A stretch of DNA of 64,000 nucleotides from Marispirochaeta sp. (lineage in GTDB: Bacteria > Spirochaetota > Spirochaetia > JC444 > Marispirochaetaceae). Positions 48,807 through 58,777 of this stretch are shown piece after piece. A program made the translations under genes and the position numbers. Each line of letters starts with the position of its first letter. Position 1 is the stretch's first letter. The stretch is taken from the NCBI GenBank assembly GCA_963676835.2, contig CAXXFF010000001.1:672001-736000 (forward strand), written 5' to 3'. The notes beneath the pieces are model-generated. The model made no database searches and had not been told where the DNA came from. It saw only the letters and a program-made list of their open reading frames with translations.

Positions 48807-49945
48807 TGAAAGGTATCCCGGTACTGCAGCAGTGAAATAAGATAGCGTTTTTTTATCCCCGTATCCCTGGCAAGCTCTCCCAGAGTAACCTCAGGATTTT
48901 CCGTACGGATATCATCAACCCTGGCGGCAATATCTTCAAGCAGATCCACCGGCATAAATACCCCGGGCTCAATCTCAAGGGCAAGACCGGTACTGCAGAG
49001 AAGGGACAGACCCTTTCCCCGGGGAGAGTCGGCAATCTTTTCTATAAGGTAGACCTCATCGTGCATCTGCTTGAGCAGACCACGGTTCATAGGGGAAAGG
49101 GATGCGCTGTAATCCCAGCTGCTGTCCAGGAGCACCCCCTCCTGAAGAGTGAACCAGCCCCGGGTCTGCAGAGCATTTACTGCATCATCAGCAACATAGG
49201 GAGGAATGGACAACAGGGAATGAACCTTGCGGCGTTCCAGGCCTCCCTCCTTTCTGGCCCCCGGCTGAAGCTGCGTCTGTGCCCATTCAAGCCAGTCATC
49301 GAGAAAAATAACGTTTCCCTCCCGGGTAACTCTTTTCAGGCGCGCTGGGGCTGCACTTTTTGCGGGAATCCACCCCTGCAGAAGCATAAGAGCTTCTTCT
49401 TTTTCTTCTTCTGCACCGGCCACTGCCTCCGGATTCCACGGAAAAACGGTGAGAGGAGTGAATGTTCCGGTTCCGATACGCTGGGATGCTCCGGGCAGCA
49501 GAGCAACGGGCTGCAGAAGCTCGAGGCGCACCGGTAAAGCTGTTTTAATGGCTGACAGGTCGGATATTTCTGACGGGAGAAGACGGCATGGTATTTTCTG
49601 TTTGTGGAAAGTAAGCTCCCCGGAAAAAGGAAGCTTAAGGTTATCTGCAGTACCGAAAAATACCCTGGAGCAGATTTCCAGGCAGTCTGCTGGAATTATA
49701 GCGTCCCCCGCCTTAAGACTGCGGCGGCTCAATCCCCGGACAGGATATAACGGGCTGCCCTTTTCAAAATATGGCCGCCCGAGGCGAAAACTCGTGAGTG
49801 ACGGCAGATGAATCCACCGCCCGCGGGAATCTTCCGGAATAAATCCGGAGAGAGCAATCATCAGATCTCCACGATGAGACTTTTGCCCGGACTTGCCTTT
49901 TCCGGAAGACTTTTTTACTGATGTAATCCGTACAGGGCCGGTCAT
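48803..49945 (-). CDS. SelB C-terminal-like protein lacking the GTPase domain
   Basis: C-terminus VTLGELARDTGIKKRYLISLLQYRD resembles SelB WH4; no P-loop; coupled to neighbouring genes. Confidence 0.5.
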   Translation of the reverse strand: MTGPVRITSVKKSSGKGKSGQKSHRGDLMIALSGFIPEDSRGRWIHLPSLTSFRLGRPYFEKGSPLYPVRGLSRRSLKAGDAIIPADCLEICSRVFFGTADNLKLPFSGELTFHKQKIPCRLLPSEISDLSAIKTALPVRLELLQPVALLPGASQRIGTGTFTPLTVFPWNPEAVAGAEEEKEEALMLLQGWIPAKSAAPARLKRVTREGNVIFLDDWLEWAQTQLQPGARKEGGLERRKVHSLLSIPPYVADDAVNALQTRGWFTLQEGVLLDSSWDYSASLSPMNRGLLKQMHDEVYLIEKIADSPRGKGLSLLCSTGLALEIEPGVFMPVDLLEDIAARVDDIRTENPEVTLGELARDTGIKKRYLISLLQYRDTFQ

Positions 49946-51084
49946 TCTGCTGCGGGCAGAGCTTCCCGGTTTTCAACCGGCCGGGCATAGGCACTCCAGG
50001 CATATTCCCTGACCTTTTCCGGCAGCCGTTTAAGACGGTTTACAATTTTCTCTTTTTCCGCCGCCGTATACTGGTCCGCATACTTGTCGGTGTTGTGCAG
50101 AATATCATAGGCGACATAGTTATTCGGCCAGAGTTTGTATCCCCGGTGAATAGCCTTGTCCAGAGCCACCGCCATATCCTTTTCGGAAGCAAACGCTCCG
50201 GAAAGGGGCTTACCGTAATGGTAGTGAACCCTGCCTTTATATCCCTTTATACCGGCATTCATACTGGCAAGATCTTCATACTTGCCCTTGGCATGGCCGC
50301 CCTTGTGCTCTTTACGGTAGAGCTCCCACGCCTTCATGCGGTCGCAGGGGTCAAACTCGTACGATACAGAGACAGGAACAATTCCATAACGATTTGCCAT
50401 TTCCGTATAGTCGACCCCGGTCTTACGGTGGCAGAGATAGAGCATCTTGAGTACCGCCGGATTGGTCCGGTCATCGCCGTTTTTGGCACGGCCTTCCCTC
50501 TGGGCAATCCAGACGGACTGCTTGTCAGCCAGGCGCGATGCTATGTAGCCTGAGAGGCGGATAGAGGATTTGAGCTGCTCCCGGGGAGGCAGTCCACGAT
50601 GAACAATAAAGCCGCGGTTGGCCCGGATAAGATCAGAAACAAGACCGTTTATAAGCAGGTTATCGCCGAAGGCAATCTCCGTAATGGGAAGATCCGCAAG
50701 GGAAAGAAAGTAGTTGATATAGGCCGGATCCAGGGTAATATCGCGGTGATTACTTATCAGCAGATAGCCCCGTCCCTTTTCCATATTCTCAAGACCATCA
50801 GCGGTAATTCCGTCGGTAGACTTTATGCGAATATGGTCGAGCACTATTCGAACAATTATATCCCGCTGAAACTGATGCACGGTTTTGATGTTACGTACCT
50901 GTTTTTTCAGATACATTATTACAAAAGGCTGAACCAGCTTGAACAGAACTTTATTCAGCTTTTTGAACTTTGCCCTGCGGACAAGTTCCAGGGCCCAGGG
51001 ATGACGGATTATCCGGTTAAGAACTTCCTGTATTTCTTCATCGTTATAGGGACGTATATCCCTGTAATCATCTTCCTGATCCAA
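49942..51084 (-). CDS. Glycerol-phosphate acyltransferase (PlsC/GPAT family)
   Basis: NHRDITLD (HX4D), AFGDNL, WIAQREGRAKNGDDRT. Confidence 0.88.
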   Translation of the reverse strand: MDQEDDYRDIRPYNDEEIQEVLNRIIRHPWALELVRRAKFKKLNKVLFKLVQPFVIMYLKKQVRNIKTVHQFQRDIIVRIVLDHIRIKSTDGITADGLENMEKGRGYLLISNHRDITLDPAYINYFLSLADLPITEIAFGDNLLINGLVSDLIRANRGFIVHRGLPPREQLKSSIRLSGYIASRLADKQSVWIAQREGRAKNGDDRTNPAVLKMLYLCHRKTGVDYTEMANRYGIVPVSVSYEFDPCDRMKAWELYRKEHKGGHAKGKYEDLASMNAGIKGYKGRVHYHYGKPLSGAFASEKDMAVALDKAIHRGYKLWPNNYVAYDILHNTDKYADQYTAAEKEKIVNRLKRLPEKVREYAWSAYARPVENREALPAAE

Positions 51085-51085
51085 A

Positions 51086-51649
51086 CTATTCTCCTTCGTC
51101 CCCGCAGCTGCCGTTCATGGAAAACAGAACGGAAAAGCGTCTGGGGTTCTTTCTGCGCCAATCCAGAAACCTGCTGAACTCATCCTCAAAATTAGGGGTG
51201 AACAGACCGGTTCCGAGTTCATGCTCTATATCCTGTTCCGACCAGAATCGTCCTTCAGAGATCTCCTCCGGGCAGGGATCCGGTTCGGTTTCGGTGACAC
51301 AGATAAAACTTGAAATCATTTCAGATTCGAAGCTGTTGTGCATAATATACCGGTACATAAAACAGGGAGAAATCTCGTCAAGCCTCAGCTCTTCATGGGT
51401 TTCCCGGTAGAGCGCATCAAGATATTCCTCACCGGCAGAAATATGCCCGCCAACAGAGGTATCCCATTTACCGGGCTGCACCTGTTTCGCCATGCTTCTG
51501 CGCTGAAGATAGAGATCTCCCGCCTGATTAAAAACAAAAAGATGTACAGCCCGATGCAGGTTTTCGGGGTTGCCATGACAGTCTCCCCGAAGCGCTGTAC
51601 CGATAACCCGGTCATTTTCATCGACCAGGTCGAGAAGCTCATCCTGCAT
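51086..51649 (-). CDS. NUDIX hydrolase (Idi-like)
   Basis: GGHISAGEEYLDALYRETHEEL Nudix box; LHRAVHLFVFN. Confidence 0.9.
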   Translation of the reverse strand: MQDELLDLVDENDRVIGTALRGDCHGNPENLHRAVHLFVFNQAGDLYLQRRSMAKQVQPGKWDTSVGGHISAGEEYLDALYRETHEELRLDEISPCFMYRYIMHNSFESEMISSFICVTETEPDPCPEEISEGRFWSEQDIEHELGTGLFTPNFEDEFSRFLDWRRKNPRRFSVLFSMNGSCGDEGE

Positions 51650-51659
51650 GATCAGAACC

Positions 51660-52643
51660 TCAGCTGATGCCTACCAGAGCTTTAATGTACTGGGAACGTT
51701 CGTATATTTCAGGATTTGCACTGGCTTCCTGACAGAGCTTGCCGCGGAAATCGTTGATACTGCTGTAGTTATGACGGGTCATCCACTCTTCAACTTCAAC
51801 GAGAATACGCTGAATGTAGCTGACACCGTTGCGGTAGAGGGTGGAACAGAGCTGGGTTGCCCGGGCGCCTACTAAAAGCTGCTTGACAACACCCTTACCA
51901 TCGTGGATTCCCGTGGCGGCGGCAAAGTGAATATCCATTTCGCCGGAAAGGAGTGCTATCCACTGCAGTGAGAGGGCCATCTCCTGGGGAACACTATACA
52001 CCTTGCCGGGAATAATCTTCATATTCTCAATATCAACATCGGGCCGGTAAAAACGGTTGAACAGAACCACGCCGTCGGCACCGTTGTTTTCAAAACGGCG
52101 GATAACATTGGCCATTCCGGAAAAATGTGAACCCACCTTCAAGGCTACCGGTACAGTTACATGCTTTTTAACTTCCTTGAGGATTTCGATATAGCGGTCC
52201 TCAATTGCCTGGCTGTTCTGATCAGCATCGCCGGGCATAATAAAAACATTCACTTCCAGGGCATCAATGCCGGCTTTTTCAAGCTTGCCCGCATACTCAA
52301 TCCAGCTTCCGGAAGTTACACAGTTAACACTGCCGATAACCGGAATGGAAACCCGGGATTTCGCCTCTTCGATAAGTTCCACGTAGGCGTCAATATGCTG
52401 GTTCTTACTGGCACTGGTAACAAAATCAAAACCGTCGGTATGAGACATATAGTTCATACTCTGCAGAAGCTCCGCAGTATCAACATTAATCTGCTCTTCG
52501 AATAGACTCTTGATAACCACTGCACCGGCACCGGCTTTCTCGCATTCTGCAATCTTATCTGCCCTGGAAGTCATACCGGAACTTGCGACAATTATCGGGT
52601 TGCGCAGGTTCAGTCCCATATAGTTTGTTGAAAGATCAATCAT
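51660..52643 (-). CDS. Dihydroorotate dehydrogenase-like flavoprotein
   Basis: LNLRNPIIVASS, VVIKS, VPVALKV, VVLFNRF, GARATQLCS; lacks the NxSCPN catalytic Cys (NVFIMP instead). Confidence 0.85.
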   Translation of the reverse strand: MIDLSTNYMGLNLRNPIIVASSGMTSRADKIAECEKAGAGAVVIKSLFEEQINVDTAELLQSMNYMSHTDGFDFVTSASKNQHIDAYVELIEEAKSRVSIPVIGSVNCVTSGSWIEYAGKLEKAGIDALEVNVFIMPGDADQNSQAIEDRYIEILKEVKKHVTVPVALKVGSHFSGMANVIRRFENNGADGVVLFNRFYRPDVDIENMKIIPGKVYSVPQEMALSLQWIALLSGEMDIHFAAATGIHDGKGVVKQLLVGARATQLCSTLYRNGVSYIQRILVEVEEWMTRHNYSSINDFRGKLCQEASANPEIYERSQYIKALVGIS

Positions 52644-52797
52644 AAATCCCCCGAATAATCAAAAATTCAGCCACAGACCGGCAGAAAACTGCTGTCCATG
52701 GTTAATCCTCATCCAGTATAAAGCCTCAAACAGGGCCTTGGAAAGGTAAAATCGTACAAAACCGGGTGAAAAGTCCGGTAAATAAAGATAAAAAGCT

Positions 52798-52829
52798 AAA
52801 AAAAGAGGCTCCGGCAATGGGAGCCCCTT
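52798..52829 (-). terminator. Rho-independent terminator of rpsU
   Basis: Minus strand AGGGGCTCC-CATTGCC-GGAGCCTCT followed by a U-tract. Confidence 0.8.
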
Positions 52830-52869
52830 CAGCACGCGCATTAGACGCGTATAAGCATATTTCCAAAAA

Positions 52870-53079
52870 TCAGTAGTTCTTGGAGGCCTGAATCTTGCGC
52901 AGTTTTTTCATCTGCTTCCGCTCCATGGCCTTTTTCTTGCGGTTTTTGATGGTGGAAGGCTTTTCAAAATATTCCCGCTTCTTCCATTCACGGATAATGC
53001 CCTCTTTCTCTACCATGCGCTTGAAACGCTTGATTGCCTTTTCCAGGGGCTCGCCTTCATCAATCTTTATATTGGCGAT
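52870..53079 (-). CDS. rpsU: 30S ribosomal protein bS21 (absent from the ORF track; ATC start)
   Basis: (M)[77 protein letters not shown] 7 nt upstream. Confidence 0.95.
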   Translation of the reverse strand: MANIKIDEGEPLEKAIKRFKRMVEKEGIIREWKKREYFEKPSTIKNRKKKAMERKQMKKLRKIQASKNY

Positions 53080-53124
53080 AGAAAATCACCTCCCTCCGCC
53101 GTAAATATACATGCGATGGCCGTA

Positions 53125-53153
53125 ATTAAAGCGGAATTCAGGGGGAGTGTCAA
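53125..53153 (-). promoter_or_regulatory. Sigma70 promoter of rpsU
   Basis: TTGACA-17-TTTAAT. Confidence 0.65.
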
Positions 53154-53202
53154 GATTACAGAAAAAGCAGCTGTACAATGTAAAAAGCAGTTATGAAACT
53201 GT

Positions 53203-54117
53203 CTATTCCAGATTAACCGCTATCTCAACCCGCCGGTTGAGGCCTCTTCCCTCGGGAGCAACTGTATCGCCGATGGTTACAGCACCACCCTTCCAGGTTA
53301 CTTCATCGATGGCTATTCCGGCACCGGCCAGGTATTCCGCCAGTGTTTCTGCTCGCAGATGGGACAGTTCCATCAACTCAGCTTCTTCATTGCTTTTGCC
53401 TGTGGGGTTGGCGTGGCCGGTAATGGATATACTTTTGTAATTGAGTTCTTGCAGTTCTTTCAAAAGAGTATCACTAAGGGTGACAAGCCCGCTTTTCTGG
53501 CTTTCCGACAGGGCTGCATCATCGGGTATAAAGTTTACAATCATTATAAGCACCCGGTTGTCGTCAAAACGGACCAGGATATCCTCCGCCCGGTAGTCCT
53601 GCAGTTTCAACTCTTTCAGACGGCGCTCGACCATAAAAGCCTGATCAACTTCCTCTGAAGAGACCTTTTCATACAGTCTGCCGCTGTCATATTCAAGCTC
53701 TTCTTCATAACGGTAGAGGGCGCTCTTTATCAGGCTGTCACCGCAGTCTTCACAGTATTTCATAAGAATCCAGTACTGATCCCCTTCCTGATACTTTTCA
53801 ACCAGCTCTGCGCCTCTCAGGGTGTTATGACCGAAGAAGGAGTCCATCTTTTCATTGGCTACTTCCCTGCCCCCGGCGGATGAGCTCTCCATGGTAATTA
53901 CCGCCTTGACCCGGCTGCAGAGCTGCATCAGGATCTCCTGCTTCGCAAGATTCGACGCTTCAACCTCACTGGCGGCATGGCCTACTCCCCAGAAAGCATC
54001 ATCCGTAAAGGGCAGACGGTCGGTCCATTCAGGGCGGTCTGCAAAGAGGAAAATGGAAGTGAAAAGAATAAAAATGACCACAAGCAGGCTTCTACACCTG
54101 TTTTTACAACTAAACAT
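53203..54117 (-). CDS. Exported OmpA-family protein with LPP20-like N-terminal domain
   Basis: RPEWT..FWGVG N-terminal domain; ITGHAN..LSHLRAET..NRRVEI OmpA-C motif. Confidence 0.85.
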   Translation of the reverse strand: MFSCKNRCRSLLVVIFILFTSIFLFADRPEWTDRLPFTDDAFWGVGHAASEVEASNLAKQEILMQLCSRVKAVITMESSSAGGREVANEKMDSFFGHNTLRGAELVEKYQEGDQYWILMKYCEDCGDSLIKSALYRYEEELEYDSGRLYEKVSSEEVDQAFMVERRLKELKLQDYRAEDILVRFDDNRVLIMIVNFIPDDAALSESQKSGLVTLSDTLLKELQELNYKSISITGHANPTGKSNEEAELMELSHLRAETLAEYLAGAGIAIDEVTWKGGAVTIGDTVAPEGRGLNRRVEIAVNLE

Positions 54118-54221
54118 TAAGAATCTCCGGCTTTTGTATCTACCTTATGCCTTTTTTACACCTTTATTTTTACACCCATTTTCAGCTCCCGTAAAGCAGG
54201 AAAGCCTACCGGAGGGTACAA

Positions 54222-55103
54222 TCAGGGGATTCGTATTACCGGACGGTTGAGAAACAGCAGGGGATCCACGGGAACACCATTAATGCGGAGCTCCCAGTGC
54301 AGGTGGGCACCGGTGGCAAGTCCGCTTATGCCGCTTTCGGCAATAATTTCCCCCTGTTCAACCCGGCTGCCTTCTGCTGCGATAAGCTTGTCCAGATGGT
54401 AATAGAGGGTATAAACACCGGGGCCGTGTTCAACAACCATGGTGTATCCGGTGAGCATTCTCTCTGCAGCAAGAACAACCTCTCCGCCGGCGGGGGCTTT
54501 TACCGGGGTGCCTACAGGAACTGCATAATCAATACCGTAATGGAGGGATCTGCTGCTTTCACCGCCGGAGTAGCGGAAAATCCTGCGGTCACCGTAGTGA
54601 CTGCTCTCCCGGGCTTCGCCCACGGGCAGCATAAATGCGGAGGATGGCGCGGCTTCTGGATTGAAGCTTGAGAGAAGTTCCCAGAGAAGCCTGGATTCCC
54701 GTGCTTTTCTGGGATCATCGCTCTGCCTTAAGGAAGACATACTGCCGTTAAGGGGGATCTCCTCAGTTATAAAATCCCGTAGAGCAAAACCGACTTCGGC
54801 TGTCTCCCTGCGGCCGTTCTCAAACTGCAGTTCCACCCTGCCTGCGGGCTCCCGGGTATCACAGGGAACAGGCAGCAGAAGCAGGCGGTGCTCCCCGGCA
54901 AGAGAAAACACCTCGCCTGTTGATAGTTTTCTATCGTCCCCGTACAGAACCGCAGAGAGAATCCCCTCATCGGCATGAGCTTTAACGGTGACCATACCCC
55001 CGGGAGAACAGAGGCTGGTATCCAGCTCCCAGGAAAAAAGCCTCAGGCTGAGGAATAGAGCAAAAACAACAACAGAAACACTTTTTGATACTGAGTTCTT
55101 CAA
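54222..55103 (-). CDS. M23 family peptidoglycan endopeptidase
   Basis: HYGIDY, YYHL, TGAHLHWE. Confidence 0.92.
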   Translation of the reverse strand: MKNSVSKSVSVVVFALFLSLRLFSWELDTSLCSPGGMVTVKAHADEGILSAVLYGDDRKLSTGEVFSLAGEHRLLLLPVPCDTREPAGRVELQFENGRRETAEVGFALRDFITEEIPLNGSMSSLRQSDDPRKARESRLLWELLSSFNPEAAPSSAFMLPVGEARESSHYGDRRIFRYSGGESSRSLHYGIDYAVPVGTPVKAPAGGEVVLAAERMLTGYTMVVEHGPGVYTLYYHLDKLIAAEGSRVEQGEIIAESGISGLATGAHLHWELRINGVPVDPLLFLNRPVIRIP

Positions 55104-55115
55104 TTGATAGCAGCC

Positions 55116-57278
55116 TTAAGATTCCGGTACAACCGGGACATTCTCTATACGTACATCCTTCGGCCGGCACAGATCGAGTACAGTTAACTGCAGGGTTTCT
55201 GCATTATTAAAGTAGTTTCTCCCCAGGCGGAAAGCCACATCCACCGTGTCCCCCACCTCAAAATCATCACCCAGCCGTGGCGCGGCATTCCAGTAAACCG
55301 CAGGCCATTTGTGGCTCCCCGATTCCAGCAGGAGTTTCAGGTGAACAACCTCTTTCCGGCCCATGGGGTCGGCGGATACAATCTTCATACCTCTGGCCAG
55401 AAACACCAGGGGCTGATTTCCCTCCCCATAGGGTTCAAAACTCTCCTGAATTTTGATCAGATCCGGATTCATATAGGAGGGAGGAAGCTCCGCATCAATA
55501 AGCAGCGACTCTTCCGGAGTCTCAACGGGGGTGATATTCTTTGCAAAGGTTCTTACCCTGTGGGAAAATGTTTCAAAATTCTCTTCGGGCATGGAAAATC
55601 CTCCGGCACAGTCATGGCCGCCGAAGTCTATAAACAGGTCGGAAAAATTCGCCATAAAATCCCGCACGTTGAAAGGCGGAGCACAGCGCATGGAGCCTAC
55701 AGCCTTGCCGTCAAAATGGGCGACAACCATGGCGGGGACCTTCATGGTATTTGAAAGCCGGGAAGCGAGAATGCCGGTAATACCCCGGTGAATCGAGCTG
55801 TCAGAAATAACCACCAGATTTTCCCCGTGCTCTTCAAGGCTTTTCTTTGTTTTGGGAAACACTTTTGCCCAGACGGTTTCCCCCAGCTTACGCCGCTCTT
55901 TGTTCAGGTTCTCAACTTCCTGAGCAAGCTCCTTCAGCTGATCTTCTTCATCCGCAAGCAGGAGCCTGACTGCGGTGTCCGGTCTTCCCAAACGGCCTGT
56001 TGCATTTATCGAAGGACTGAGCTGCCAGGATATGTCAGTGGTTCCAAGCCTCTTTCCAAGCAGGTTCTTCTGAAAAAGCAGCTCCCGAAGCCCTTTGCGG
56101 CCGGTTACGTTGAGAACCTTCAGTCCCTGACGTACGAGAATACGATTCTCATCAACCAGGGGCATAAGATCGGCTAAAGTACCCAGGGCAACCAGATCGA
56201 GACTTCCGGGGTAATCCTCCGCCAGAGACGGTGTTTTCCGGCTTACAAAGCTGCGGAACAGATTGGCCAGAACATCGATCTCTTCCAGCCCCTTCTCTTC
56301 GTACTTACCCAGCCGGCTTTTTTCACGCAGAGAGAGAAGACTGTCCCCCTTTCCCCGCAGGGAAGGAAAGGTTTTTTCTATCTCCGGCTTGAGATCATTG
56401 AGGCCGATGAGGGTATCGGGACCGAAGATTTTCCTGAGCATCCGCTCCTGAAGCTCCGCGTCATACACCAGAATTTCCTCACCTTCAAGAAAACGGTAGA
56501 GTCTGGTATCGGAAAGCCCCACCATGCCGGAGTTGAGGGTTTCGGTAATTCTTTCGGTTTCCACAAGGTTCACAAGGCGCACAGCATCGATAAAATAGCT
56601 GTCATTTCCAGGGCGTACATTCAGAAGACAGACCGACTGATTATAGAAAGGGGACCGGGAAAAATAGAGGGCCCATACAAGCTTGGAAACAACTCCGCAG
56701 CCCGCAAGATCACGAAAGGGATATCCCGAATCCTCGATCTTGGGATTGATTATGGCCACAGCCGGGGGCAGCTCTTCCGGAGGATTATGGTGATCCACCA
56801 CAATGGTCTCAATTCCCAGTTCAAGACCCCGTTCAATCTCCTGCTTATTGGATATTCCGCAGTCAACGGTAATAATAAGGGTTCCGTCCCTGCTGCCGAA
56901 ATCCTCAACGGTCTCCATATTAAGACCGTAGGGATCATCCCCCATGGGGACACGCCATTCGACATCGCCGCCGAGATTCCGCAGGGTCTGGGTTATCAGC
57001 ACCGTCGAGGTAATTCCGTCAACATCACGGTCACCGAAAACCAGGATCTTCTCACCCTCTTCAAACGCCCGGTGAATCCTGTCCACCGCATCCTCCATCT
57101 CAACAAAAAGAAAAGGATTATGGGTAAACATAAGATCATCTTCGAGAACAAACTTTATGTCTGACCGTCTGTGGAGATTTCTCCGTACGAGAATCGAAGA
57201 AAGCAGCAGGTCCAGGCCGTATTCATCGGCAACCTTGCGGACCAGCCCGCCTTCTATCTCTTTTTTTTGCCAAAGCAT
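55116..57278 (-). CDS. recJ: ssDNA exonuclease RecJ
   Basis: GDRDVDG, TVDCG, VDHH, ADLMPL..ENR, GGH; carries an internal insertion. Confidence 0.96.
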   Translation of the reverse strand: MLWQKKEIEGGLVRKVADEYGLDLLLSSILVRRNLHRRSDIKFVLEDDLMFTHNPFLFVEMEDAVDRIHRAFEEGEKILVFGDRDVDGITSTVLITQTLRNLGGDVEWRVPMGDDPYGLNMETVEDFGSRDGTLIITVDCGISNKQEIERGLELGIETIVVDHHNPPEELPPAVAIINPKIEDSGYPFRDLAGCGVVSKLVWALYFSRSPFYNQSVCLLNVRPGNDSYFIDAVRLVNLVETERITETLNSGMVGLSDTRLYRFLEGEEILVYDAELQERMLRKIFGPDTLIGLNDLKPEIEKTFPSLRGKGDSLLSLREKSRLGKYEEKGLEEIDVLANLFRSFVSRKTPSLAEDYPGSLDLVALGTLADLMPLVDENRILVRQGLKVLNVTGRKGLRELLFQKNLLGKRLGTTDISWQLSPSINATGRLGRPDTAVRLLLADEEDQLKELAQEVENLNKERRKLGETVWAKVFPKTKKSLEEHGENLVVISDSSIHRGITGILASRLSNTMKVPAMVVAHFDGKAVGSMRCAPPFNVRDFMANFSDLFIDFGGHDCAGGFSMPEENFETFSHRVRTFAKNITPVETPEESLLIDAELPPSYMNPDLIKIQESFEPYGEGNQPLVFLARGMKIVSADPMGRKEVVHLKLLLESGSHKWPAVYWNAAPRLGDDFEVGDTVDVAFRLGRNYFNNAETLQLTVLDLCRPKDVRIENVPVVPES

Positions 57279-57313
57279 CTATATACAACTCCGTAGAACT
57301 TATTACCATACTG

Positions 57314-57904
57314 TTAATCTGCCCGGCCGTGCCCGCCGAGAAGAAATGTCCCTTCCGGGTAGTACCGTGCTCCGGCGGGGGTAAGCTCGGAACGGTATAG
57401 AATAACCCGGTCTGCCTGGAACCAGGAATCTGACCCGCCGCCGATGGGGGGCAGAGTCGCCTTATCAACCACAATGCCCCGCCGTCCCCGTACCCGGGCC
57501 AGGGTAATATGGGGGCTGTAGGAAGCCTCCCGTTTTGCTAACCCTGCTTTTACCAGGGGCCCTTCAAAGATCCGGTACAGTTTCAGAAGATCACCTTTTG
57601 TATCCGCCAGATTCAGAGTAAGCCCCCGGGCCCGCTCAAAGGATGGGAAGGCCCCTAATTCTTCTGCGGTAAACTGTACCGGCTTTGCCTTTTCTGCCGT
57701 TTCTGCAAGGATACGTTGCAGATTCTTCAGCTGCAGAGGATCTGTATTACCCAGAAAATGGAGGGTAATGTGCAGTTCATACTTACCTATTAACCGCAGA
57801 TTCGGCTGTCTGATTTTACGAATCTGATTCTGCAGTGAATATACCTGTTTTTTCAGCTGTGGACTGAGTGGAAAGGCGGTAAAAAGGCGGATGGAATTAT
57901 TCAC
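57314..57904 (-). CDS. thpR: RNA 2',3'-cyclic phosphodiesterase (2H family)
   Basis: RLFTA, two HITL motifs, LYRSEL..GARY. Confidence 0.9.
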   Translation of the reverse strand: MNNSIRLFTAFPLSPQLKKQVYSLQNQIRKIRQPNLRLIGKYELHITLHFLGNTDPLQLKNLQRILAETAEKAKPVQFTAEELGAFPSFERARGLTLNLADTKGDLLKLYRIFEGPLVKAGLAKREASYSPHITLARVRGRRGIVVDKATLPPIGGGSDSWFQADRVILYRSELTPAGARYYPEGTFLLGGHGRAD

Positions 57905-58686
57905 GACTGCACTCCCGCACTGGAATAGAGATCAAAAGAGAAATAGGCATTAAAAGAACGCACTTTGCGCTGCAGGGTACTGTCCAGAACCGCAGAAAGC
58001 ATCTGTACCAGCCCCCGGGACAGTTCTCCATCCGGGACTATCTCTATAGCCCGGGAAAGGGGCAGTTCAAGAGCGCGGTCCATATAACGCCTCATGCCGG
58101 GGGATACCAGTGGATCATTCGGATCGGAGCACCCACTGCAGCAGAAACCCTCATCCTTGAGACTGACCGACGTGGTTTCATCCCGGCGAAACAGAGTCCC
58201 GCAGCGGGCACACTCATCACCGTATCCGAGAAAACCGGAATGGGCCAGAAAGCGGATAAGAAACTGAAAAACAGCACGGCGGCAGCCGTCATTGTCTGAG
58301 CGGTTAAGCAGCCTTAAGGTGCTGCGCAGAAGCCCGTAGGGATAGCTGTAATCCGGGCCGCCGCCGGCGAAGGCTGCAATCATTACCTCAGCCGTCAGGG
58401 CTGCGGCATAGCTGCGGTAAAGCTCGGCCCGGATGCCCTCATAGCTTTCAAGGACATCAATATCCGATACTTTGTACTGGTTCTTCACCGGATTACGGTA
58501 AAGCTGAATCCGTGCACTGGAATACGGGTCACTGGTACCGACAAGCCGGCTCTTGCCTTTACAGGCACCGTAGGCAACTGCTTTGAGAAGACCCAGTTCA
58601 GGGCTCAGCAGTTCCAGCTGTTTATGGTAATCCCCAAATCTGGAGGCCCGCAAAATAAGGGCTTCCGTTGCTCCGGCGCGGCTCAT
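57901..58686 (-). CDS. recO: DNA repair protein RecO
   Basis: OB-fold N-terminus (EALILRASRFGDYHK..AYGA.K.KSRL), Zn finger CARC..CSGC; start ATG 58686. Confidence 0.9.
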   Translation of the reverse strand: MSRAGATEALILRASRFGDYHKQLELLSPELGLLKAVAYGACKGKSRLVGTSDPYSSARIQLYRNPVKNQYKVSDIDVLESYEGIRAELYRSYAAALTAEVMIAAFAGGGPDYSYPYGLLRSTLRLLNRSDNDGCRRAVFQFLIRFLAHSGFLGYGDECARCGTLFRRDETTSVSLKDEGFCCSGCSDPNDPLVSPGMRRYMDRALELPLSRAIEIVPDGELSRGLVQMLSAVLDSTLQRKVRSFNAYFSFDLYSSAGVQS

Positions 58687-58695
58687 CAGGAGAGC

Positions 58696-58740
58696 ATCAT
58701 ACATCTTTCTATTGATGATTTCAATAAATCTTTGTACCTT
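58696..58740. promoter_or_regulatory. Overlapping divergent promoters of recO and lon
   Basis: Minus strand TTGAAA-17-TATGAT; plus strand TTGATG-17-TACCTT. Confidence 0.5.
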
Positions 58741-58777
58741 ATACACCCGCGAAGGATATCCATCTAATGAGGTTCCC

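Noticed and set aside
51660..52643. Calling the gene pyrD
   Set aside because: Catalytic SCPN motif is absent and there is no pyr gene context
52895..53104. 69-aa plus-strand ORF in the track
   Set aside because: Antisense shadow of rpsU
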